In this document: one piece after another, positions 54,385 to 64,000 of the stretch
How the letters are laid out: the number at the start of each line of letters is the position of its first letter
Position numbering within the stretch: position 1 is the first letter of the stretch
Assembly (NCBI GenBank): GCA_973895155.1
Contig: OZ316891.1
Span: 13,113,037-13,177,036, forward strand
Direction: 5' to 3'
Length of the DNA: 64,000 nt
DNA from: Marsupella aquatica
Lineage: Eukaryota; Plantae; Marchantiophyta
The notes under the pieces: generated by a model
Told to the model about the DNA's origin: nothing
The model's input: only the letters and a program-made list of their open reading frames with translations
Database searches by the model: none
Position numbers and translations under genes: made by a program

Positions 54385-54898
54385 TGCTGAATCACACCAC
54401 TGAGAAGGAAAAACATAGGCAGGTGAGCTCACCCCTCAGAAGCCTGCACTTGATGACTCGGGAGCATTTCTTTGAGGAAGGAAGGCCAAAAAACTAAGCG
54501 TCCTCGTCGGCTTCAGGGAGAGACTGATGCCGAGATCGGAATGAATGAGGATCCATACCCTTTGCCCTTGCTTGCTGGTCACCTGGTCACCTCAAGCGTG
54601 CAACTAATCTCAGTCACGACTCCTATGGAAGCAGATTCTTCCTGCTTTGAAACGCTTTTCGATGCAGATTTTGACCTCCATGGTGGTATACTGATCGGCT
54701 CTCGGCAAGGTGCACTCCGTTGTTGTTACTCTGTAATCCTTTATCGATGATGGTGAGCTGTGCGTCAGGATGTGAACCTCTAATAAGCAGACGTGCCATC
54801 ACTCTCGAATTCGAGAGCTCGTTCCATTTGGAAAAACGATGCCATCCAATGTGTGCTCTTCGTTGGGTTCCCAGGGGGCAATTCGGACCTGGTTCCAT

Positions 54899-55000
54899 TA
54901 GGGGGTCTCAATTCTCTGGGTTTTGGCGCAGGTTACATTAACCCACAGACTTGGTTTTAGTAGGGGGTCTCAAATCTCTGGGTTTTGGCTCAGGTTACAT
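54899..55000. repeat. ~62-bp-period direct repeat in the CLS promoter region
   Basis: TAGGGGGTCTCAA.TCTCTGGGTTTTGGC.CAGGTTACAT at 54899 and 54961. Confidence 0.85.
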
Positions 55001-55299
55001 CAACACCCATTTCCCCGGAGGTAAAGTGGCAGATTTGCAAAAGCTTGTCCTATCACTGGTGACCAAAGCCCGTAACTTACAATTTTGAACTGGCGAGATG
55101 TCTAGGAGGCCTTCGGATTTGAGACACCAGTTTGAGCTGAATAGAACCTCTGGGTTTTTGGGGGATGTGGGAATATGAAGTGGGAAAGAGAGATTAGTTC
55201 CTGAGTGTGCCCTTGTGTGGGACTCTAGGTTTTTTTTGGGCTCTTTTGGCCCTGGTGGGTCTTTCCTCTGACTTCTCCTCAGGCTGGCACGTTTTGTTC

Positions 55300-56350
55300 T
55301 TTGTCTTATATTTACCAGATGGAGGTCTTATGAGATCTCTTCATTGCAGTTTAATTTCTGGTTTAAGGGATAAGCCTCACTGCCCGTTGTTTGAACATAA
55401 ATAGAGGTGAGGACAAGAAAGACTTACTTATCCTTTGCCTGTTCAGGTTTACCATTCATGTTAAAATGTTGTCCAGTGGCTAGCCCCCAACCCCCTCATT
55501 CCACCCACAACCCCACCTTCAGTTGTGTCCCTAGAGTCATGGTCTAGAGGCTTCACTCTAGACCAGGCTCTGAGAATAGCTTTGGATCACTATTATATAC
55601 TTAGATCTCTGCATTTCAGGTTCTTCAAGGAATTATAGTAAACAGGATTCCAGGTTAATCTTTAATATATACATAACTTGGACTTATCTAAACTTGCAAA
55701 TATACTCTTAAGTGCAAAAATCCTGGAATGTGGGAAAATGCATGGGCGGAGAGATCTTTCACATTTTCACCAGATGGAGGTTTAAGAGTCTGTGCATTTC
55801 AGGGTCATATATCAAGGGTAAATTCTATGATTCCATCTTTGGCACATAATTTGCACTTATCCAGAGTAGCAAATCCTCTCTAAATGCAAAAGTCTACAAG
55901 ATGTGGGAATATGCATTAGGGGCCTAGAGATTTCATTCATTTCCACCAGATGGACGTTTAAGAGATGTGTGCATGTGAGGCTCATTTATGGGCTAAGAGA
56001 TCTTGCATCTCAGGTTCATCTATCAATGGTAGATAGGATTCAAGGTTCATCTATGGCACATAATTCCTTACAATCTATGGCACATAATTATTCTGCACTT
56101 CTTAAGACTTGTAAATAGTCTCTAAGTGCAAAACACCTGCGTCCCCTAACGGTTCACCCTTATGGAGGGAAGACAGTAGACAATATCCTGCATTTCAGGT
56201 TTACCTATATATGGTAGTCAGATAGGATCTCCAGTTCTTTTTGATAGACAAGATCATGCATTCAGGCTCATGTATGGTAATAAGCATCATCCCTGGTCAG
56301 GTTTGTCTATGGTAGGCAATATCATGCATTGTTAATCTACTAGTAGAGAG
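55300..56350. repeat. Degenerate tandem repeat region
   Basis: Recurrent TGCATTTCAGG.TC, ACCAGATGGA.GT.TAAGAG and CTCT.AAGTGCAAAA blocks. Confidence 0.65.
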
Positions 56351-58438
56351 GATCATCTCTCCCACCAACTTAGTGAGGTACCCTACTTTCTTCTTACCAG
56401 GACTTCTTGTCCCTTGATCTGATTTCAATTTAAGTTGACATAGGCGAGCTTATGCACCCTTCTACCATATTTGACATCCTTGCAAAGTACCTGCAATAAA
56501 CAAATCTGCCAAGTCTGCCAAACCAGGCTGGGGGATCAAATTAAGGTGAGTAAATATCATGTGTACATGCTCCCCAATTGTTCTCCAAAGTTGTAATATA
56601 AACAAAGTATTTTCAGATTGTTTGTATAAAGTTATACAAATGGAATTTGCCTTACAGTTTATAAAATTTTCAAGGCTCTCGGATATTTGAAATTTTGCAC
56701 ATATCACATATAACAAGCCAAATTGAATTTTTTAATAATAATCATATGTACTTCAACGTTTTGGTCTCTGTTGGTCTGTACACACATAGATTGAAGGTTT
56801 ACTGTTAGTGGGGCCCCAGGGACATTGTGCAAATGAGGGTGCCAAATCAAAGATCCAGATTGTCTGTTTTTAGGTCCAAGAATTTGTCAAAAATTTAGAG
56901 TAGCTTGGTTTCAATATGAAAGAAATAACTGTTGATAATAGCTCCTCTTTATCAATGTCTTCCAGTAACGTCACCAAATTGAAAAGAAAAGCCATCATGT
57001 TGTTTTTTGTAGCAGGGGTCTCCTTAACTGGGGAGGATAAGAGGGCCATTGTAGTCAAGGATTATTAGTCTTATCTTGTTATCATGGTCTTCCTTGGCAT
57101 GAGCTCTCTTTGCATGGTCTCATTTGGTGATAAGCAAATGTCATATAAGCTGTATGCTGTCACAGGTTTTTATCAATACCAATGAAAGAAACTGGCATGT
57201 GCTTCTTAAATAAGTGTTGAACATTTGTGAAGTTTGCAAAGTCAGAGGGTTATCTAGTAGGAAGCAAACAACAAATAAAAAGTACATAGCAAAAGAAACA
57301 TAACAAATGTAGTAACAAATATAATTTTACAACTCACTGTCCCTGCCGGGTACGTTCCAGTCTCAATTGTACAAATTCACATGTATGCAAGTTGATGATC
57401 ATAAGAGATTAATTTAGTGGTGCCCTGCCTACTAGCATATTCTGTGCATTTTTAAAATAATTTTCTCCATGCACTATTAATATTAATGCATACATAAATG
57501 CACCAAGGATGTATTGAAAATGTGTTAATATCTATAAGTAATGTGTTTTGGTATTCAAAATTTCAATTAAAACTTAGATCAAGTTTTTCTAGATCTTGAC
57601 TTTTTTGCTAGATAACCTAGGAGGTCCAGACCTAAAAATGCCGCATGCGATGTAGGACCCTTCATACAATGAACCCCCCTAAATTAGTGTGATTCTCTCT
57701 CTAATATTGTTGTCACGCTGATTGTTCACTCAGACTAATTGCATGCAATGGAGAATGAAATTTATTTATTTATATCTCACCCTTACATGTGTACTTAATT
57801 TAAAGTGACAATTTTTTACTAGGTTTGCTCCTAAAAACCTTTCAGTACGTCAAGTCTTGCTTTGAATTAAACAATGCCTATAGAGAAAAAATATTAAGTG
57901 TCTCAGATTGAAGTTATAGCCCAAAATCTATCATTCAATTTGCTTTGTCTTTCCACTCAATGGAGTTTACTTGCCTCTCCACAAGTTGATAGTACATCAT
58001 ACATTTCCAATACACTCCATAAGCACAAAACTAAATAATTATAATATTATTCTATGGTTGTTCAACAATCAACTTGTTTGTATTGCTCTCTACGCTCTCA
58101 AATAGTGTAGCAGAGTGGGTACTATCAATAGGAAAATAGACACTATAGGTTGCCTATTCAAGGCATCAATTCTCTACCTTGTTTCACAAATCAGTGAATG
58201 ACTACAAGATTTCCATATAATGCAAGAGAATTGAGCCAATGAGAACTTACAATTCATTTGCTTGAGCTCATGGCCTCATATAACAAGCATATTAGGTGAC
58301 CTTATTTGAATGCAAAAGAATTGTCCTCCCAATACGAGTGGCATTGAACACCTCAGCATTGGACTTATTGCAGGATTTTCATGGATCTATGATAATGATA
58401 GAGTAAAATCAATACAAACTACATCCTACCGTCTTCAC

Positions 58439-58718
58439 CTTGGGGGTTTCACATCCACAAAAGTGGCACATCACGTGCGCTGAAGAACAAGGTTGTTTTA
58501 TTGGGTCTAACGGAAGACTTCAGAATTTTTGCAGAAGAACAATATGGTCTTTTAAATTCAATCGAGAAACTTATAAGAAAATTAGGGTCTTTAATCAAAT
58601 TTTTGGAATATTCCAACTTATAGGGGTTAAATTTTTTTAAAATTCTTACATTTTAGGGGGTCTAAGACCTAGAAACATCACAGGTAATGGGAAAGTCCTC
58701 ATTAGTGAGACCCTCGAG
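58439..58718. mobile_element. Older MITE of the C(C/T)(C/T)GGGGG-terminus, 8-bp-TSD family
   Basis: Left end CTTGGGGGTTTCACATCCACAAAAGTGGCACATCACGTGCG matches the TIR of 59400-59735; right end AGTGAGACCCTCGAG; flanks GTCTTCAC / GTCTTCTC (7 of 8 identical). Confidence 0.7.
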
Positions 58719-59390
58719 GTCTTCTCCCAAATACAACACTCAGGTGCTATATTCAAATAGTGGGCCGGAGGGGGGGGGTGGGGCGGGGCACTATATTTTA
58801 ATATAGTGCCCTAGCCACTATGTTCAAATTTTGTCACATGGTTTTGTATTTTTTCACTTGCAGAACTATATTCAAAAAATGGCATTGTGTTTGAGTTTAG
58901 GCGTTGCATATAAGGTTAGGAGATTAATTTAAGTATGGTGTAAGCACAAATTGAAAATTAATCCGTGGACCCCCATGTTCATCAAATGAATGTATGTGTG
59001 ATGAAGTGAAGTGAAGTGAAGTCAATTTTTAGCAAGGCAGTAACTAATGGTTTTGAGTCTCCGGGTGGTCTTGGTGTATGCTTGTACAAAAGAGAACGCT
59101 CAAAAGATAGTGGAGATCAATCTGGTTGAGATGATCTCTCTGGTTTATCAAATGGAAAGCTAAATGTGGAGGAATTGAGTTTTTTGACAGTTTTTGCTTA
59201 CATCAGAGAAATCGTATTTTTACCATTCCTGATTGATCGTTTGTGAGTTACGTTGAGCATTACCACCACAAGATTGACTAGAGGACAACACTCAGCTGTT
59301 GGAAAAAGAGTGCTTGTCATTTTGGTGGGAAGAATGCACCGGGGAATGCACAAAACAGACGAGCCATCATTTCACATGAAGGTTTTGTAG

Positions 59391-60028
59391 CCCTGGGGAC
59401 TCGGGGGGGGGGGGGGGTCACTATATGGAGGGTCATACATCGCGTGCGACGTTTTAGGGTTTGACCCCCCTAACTTTAAAGTGAAAAATATTTTTTTGCA
59501 AAGCCCTTTCTTTCTTAAAATTTTGTCATTTTTTATTAAAAAACCCCTAAAAACTTTATAGAAAGTATTTTTTGCAATTAAATAGGCCTATGTGTTCTTT
59601 AAAGTCGACCAATCAATAAAACATTCCCTATGTGTTCTTCCACCAAACTTTGGAAGTCTTCCGCCACACCCATTTAAATGGGCCTATACTTCGTCGCACG
59701 TGATGTGTCACTTCCGTGGAAGTGACCCCCCCGAGCCTGGGGAATCACTCGTTGGATTATTAGAACGGGGTGCGAACAAATGAATGTTATTTTTAATCTT
59801 GTTGGGGTAATAATTATAATCAAAAACTTATACTAAAGGCATTTAAAAATCCAATTTTGGTAAAAATATTAGTTTTTATATTCAACAAGGTATTTAAGAA
59901 TTTGTCAAATTAGTATAATAAAGGGTACAAGGGTATTTTTAATTGAATTCATTTTTTAATAAATTTTTCAAATTTCATTGGTTTGTTCTCATGTGTTTAG
60001 GGGTTTTACTCTAAGTGATTCCCCAGGG
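59391..60028. mobile_element. MITE with 15-bp TIR CCCTGGGGAATCACT and 8-bp TSD TTTTGTAG
   Basis: TSD at 59383-59390 and 60029-60036; right TIR AGTGATTCCCCAGGG; the left TIR is restored when the inner element and one TSD copy are removed; empty site visible in copy 2 (~44890). Confidence 0.9.
59400..59735. mobile_element. Inner MITE inserted into the left TIR of 59391-60028, 8-bp TSD CCTGGGGA
   Basis: TSD at 59392-59399 and 59736-59743; imperfect TIRs CTCGGG(G)nTCACT..ACATCGCGTGCGACG / CGTCGCACGTGATGT..AGTGACCCCCCCGAG. Confidence 0.9.
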
Positions 60029-63000
60029 TTTTGTAGTTTTTTATTTAAGAAAGTTGTGCTGTGAAGGGGAGACCAGTGATTGTTTCTTTGACATAGAGGC
60101 TACATTTGGCATCAAGCTATGTTCAGATTGAGTTTCAGTTGAAGACTGGAGGGACACAAACAATTCAAGCCGGGAATCGAAACAAGCGTTGCGGACAAGC
60201 GAAGGTACCATAATCAAAGAAATCAATTTGCAGTGACTAAGTTTGTGATGGTAATGAGATCGTGACATCTCTTAATCAAGAAAGGGTTTCCAATAATCCT
60301 CAGATTCCAGCTCAGATTGACAAATTTTGTCAAGTTTCAAATGAGTTTTTGAATTTCTTTACCTTTCGAATGAGTGTGATAATAAGAAATTTTGATCATG
60401 AGTTCATGAATTCCTTTAGTTTTCCAATATTGAGTCCAACATTTCATGTCAGATTTTGTCACGGTACTAAAGAGATCATGAGGTTTTCAATCTCTTTAGC
60501 TTCCTAATGTGTGACATTGGGAGTTTTCGTCAAAAATTAGAGAGATCATCAGTATCTAAATTTCTCTAACTTTCTAATGAACCTAACATTGATAGATTTT
60601 GTCAAGTATTAAGGAAATGATGAGTTTCTAATTTTACTCTAACTTTCCAATGAGTGTGACATTCCTGGTGACATTGAGAGATTTTATCAAGTACTAAGGA
60701 GATTGATTATTTAGTTTTACAATGTGGAGCCAAAGGGGTTCTAACTATGTACATTTCCGTCTATTGGTTTTTTTAAACTTGCAAACAATTAAAAATTACA
60801 AGTAATTTGATGTAAAACACTGATATATCATTGACAAACATCATAATGGTAACTTTAGTTTACTAAATGATAATTTTTCCTTTGTATTGTGAGTTTTTTA
60901 TGCTTAATACTTACGGCATGGTGCCCCAAAAATTACATTGCTTTTGCCACAAACATGAACGTGCGCTTTTGAAACTGTCAAAAATAAAATCTTTCTTGTT
61001 GTGACGGATTGTGCTGATGTGATGCAACCTCGTGACAGGGAATTTGCAAGGGACCTCTCATGGGGGTCCGTAAATATACTATTGTTCAAGGCCAAACCAA
61101 ATAATTGATTTTATTAGATGCACATTAATGTTTAGATGGCAAGCCAAGGGCAAATTCTAAAGAAATACTGAAAATTAGTGCAGTGTTTAGCCATGTCCCT
61201 TGAAGAATTAATTACATTTAATGTTGAGGAGGTAACAATGGTTAATACCAACACGTGACAAGTAATGTATAGCACCCACCATGGTTGAAATTTTCAGGAA
61301 TTTGCAAAAGTCTGGCAAGTGGCGAAAATGAGGACAGTTGAGTTATCTACTGAGGCAATACCAACATTTAGCCCTCCGGCCTCCAGCACACCACCCCCAA
61401 TAGTGTAACTTCAGGTATTTTCAAGAAATAACTTTTTATTGACTCATGTTTGCAGTAAGTGGTTGTTTTTTTTGGGTTTCTCACCCCAATACCAACCTGT
61501 CTGGCAGTAACTTAGAAAAGAACTTTGAATATAATTTAAAGGGCTACTTGGAATTATACTAAAGAAATACCAAATTAGAACTAAAGGGGGTTTACATCCT
61601 GTTTTACATATTAAGAGAAATACAAACTAAGGAGAGACCTTCATAGGAGATCAATCAGATCTTAAATAATAATAATTTAAAAATGTTCATTCAGTGCACG
61701 TCAAATTGAGGACTAAATTAAGATAATCTTGAGGATAATCACTGCTGATCATCCTGTGCAACTAGGGAGGCAGGTGCCCATTGCCTGACATTTCAAAATT
61801 TTGGGATTTAAACATTTTTAAGATGGAAAATTGAACTCCCAAGATACAATTGTGAGTGACTTGCAAATTTTTCTACAATATCCTCTCATGGACACAGTGT
61901 AAAGTTTGCACTAAACGTCCACTAAAAGCCCCGTAGGTTGTTCAACTAAAGACCTACAGTAGCTAGTGCCTAAGCTTATCCCAGTATTCTTCAATTACTG
62001 CGCCATACGATGGCCCCATTAATGTTTTTCTAATTAAGCTTTCCAGGATTCAGTTGATTAGAGTATTTCTAAAAATCATGTGCAATTTGAATATAATTAA
62101 ACGGGACTTTATCTACTACTCATACTTCATACAGAGAATATTTGATCAAATTTAAAATGACCTATTTTAGCAAGTTGATAATACTGTACATCAGAGAACT
62201 TTCAATTATCTATTTTTTTAAAAAGTTTACAACACCCCAATAGTGGTTCTCGCTCGATAAAAAAGAGTAGATGTAAATGTCAGATTAAATACCTGTTTTT
62301 TGGAGTTCACATTTTTCCTTTAAACTTCAAGTTGAACTCGGAGTTGACCCCAAAACATAAGACCAACTTACCCTCCCAAAACTTATTTTCTTTCTCATAT
62401 CAAGCTAGCTAGGGTCTACTACTGGCTTTGCTCCACTCGGCTTTGCTCCACTCATCGACCAGTAATATAAAGTAAGATCCCAAAGGCATAAGCACAACCT
62501 ACCCTCCCCGTACTCATTTTCTTCCCTTATTATGCTAGTGTCTATTGGCTTTGCTCTACTCGTAGACTAGTGATAATATTGTTGGCTATGGGATTGCGTA
62601 ATAAAAGAGATGACAATAATTATGATGAATTCATATTCATATTCACATTCACATACTTTATATGTTAATTGTCCATTGTACTTGCCTGCACTCGACAGGT
62701 GTACCCAAGTCACAATCATGCCAAAGCCCCAAAGAAAGTAACCATTAATTTTGAGGACTCTCATCAAAAGATGCCTACACTTTGCATCCAGCTAGCTAAA
62801 AGCTAAAATATTGAGAGAAGAAGAAAGGAAAGATGGAGGGAACACTAAAAATGGGACACACCAGAAAATATACCCAAGGAATAGGGAAGAAATCTGACAG
62901 GGGTGATATGCAAACATGACTTTGAATTCTAGTTAGACTTAGAGGTCGAGACAAAATTGTTGTCAAGCAAGACATTCATATTGCAAGGGTTAAAAAATAT

Positions 63001-63886
63001 CCTACTTTAATTTGCTGATATATTGGGTGATGAAAGAGTACTTTAGCTACTGTAGTTTGGTGGAATAGAGAACGTCTAAACCAGTAAAGTTTGACACGGT
63101 TAATTAGGTGCCCAAGATGCGATTGCAAATCCCCACTCTATATATGATGTACACTGCCATATACTACTGTAGTTTCTTTGCAATCATGCCTGTCATATGT
63201 CACAGAAATAGAAACAGGGAAATTGGCTAAGGCCTTGAGCAGTTTTATTATTGTGATCTTTGTCCAGTCTGAGCTCTCATGGACCAAATGCCTATACTCA
63301 AATTTATTATATGCTTTCTGACCCATGAGAGTGTTTTTTCACTTCGCCCTCAACATTCAATTTCCTCATGTCGAGATTCTGTACAACAACTCGTCGAGTC
63401 ACACATTCCACAGTTTTTAACTCGAGACCGGAAATTCTGGAAGATTGTTGATTTTGCATTTCGCCACAGTCACGAGTAATAATGAGAACTTGATCAGGTA
63501 CTCTGATGGGCTTCCCACTTTCTCGAACTTATGATGAGGCTAATTTAAAACGGAGAGTGACGCGCCGTGTTCGGATGTACCGAGAGTATGGCCTCCATCG
63601 GCCTGTTACAATCATACACGGTACAGTACTATACTACTACTACTACTGCTACTGATGCGCTGCTGCTGCTGCTGCGCAAGAGCAAAATACTGGCAGGGGG
63701 GGGGGGGGGTGGAGATCACGCACTCTAGAGAATGATCGAGCATACCTCTGCTAAACTTTCTTGTTTGCGACTGTCTCTTCCTTGTTACCCTCGACAATCG
63801 CAAACCCTTCTCATCATCCTGCCTAGAACTCGATCTGGACATCGAAAGTGGAAGTTGTTGTCACATCGAGATCTGTGGATTTCGCC

Positions 63887-64000
63887 ATGGCAGACGCCAA
63901 TTTTCAGCAGACGCGAAAATGCACAGTGCGTGGATGCATTAAGTCCACGTCCGGTCCATGGATAGTACGACGACCTGCCAGTAAGAATTCCGGTTCTGGG
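63887..64000 (+). CDS. 5' fragment of a probable non-canonical (type-B) BZR/BES1-family transcription factor; runs off the window end
   Basis: GCCATGG start context; open for 38 codons: MADANFQQTRKCTVRGCIKSTSGPWIVRRPASKNSGSG. RGCIKxxxGPWxVxR is, from recollection, the motif preceding the BES1_N domain in non-canonical BZR/BES proteins. Preceded by a UTR-like region with (TAC)n, (TGC)n and poly-G. Confidence 0.65.
   Translation, partial: MADANFQQTRKCTVRGCIKSTSGPWIVRRPASKNSGSG

Larger units (their letters stand above)
58962..61073 (+). mobile_element. Copy 3 of the ~1.45-kb element, interrupted by nested MITEs
   Basis: Same termini as copy 2 (TCCGTGGACCCCCATG ... CATGGGGGTCCGTAA); colinear with copy 2 once 59391-60036 is removed. 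Confidence 0.9.

Noticed and set aside
54385-54432. GTG-initiated N-terminal extension of CLS given in the ORF track
   Set aside because: The segment includes a polypyrimidine tract plus CAG acceptor (~54400), so it is more likely 5'UTR intron; the first ATG is at 54384.

Overview
Eukaryotic nuclear DNA from a non-seed land plant (bryophyte-like, probably a liverwort; inferred from gene content and intron/UTR style, not proven). Four complete intron-rich genes were assembled by hand, each giving an uninterrupted reading frame: an AFG1/LACE1-like AAA+ ATPase (+, 4711-9893, 15 exons, one GC-AG intron inside the Walker A motif), a P4-ATPase phospholipid flippase of the ALA family (+, 21559-26770, 10 exons), a plastidic glucose transporter (-, 37401-32543, 13 exons) and cardiolipin synthase (-, 54384-51223, 8 exons). 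A fifth gene starts 114 bp before the window end and looks like a non-canonical (type-B) BZR/BES transcription factor; it is missing from the ORF track. Intergenic DNA is rich in non-autonomous DNA elements: a ~1.45-kb unclassified family (three same-strand copies plus fragments), a three-level nested insertion of MITEs with 8-bp TSDs, a MULE deletion derivative with a still-spliceable transposase remnant, a Tourist-like MITE whose terminus appears to have seeded a satellite, a tRNA-like SINE head, fold-backs and tandem duplications. No rRNA, true tRNA or CRISPR array was found. No clearly new multi-gene system is evident; the best leads are the transposon families and the BZR gene start.
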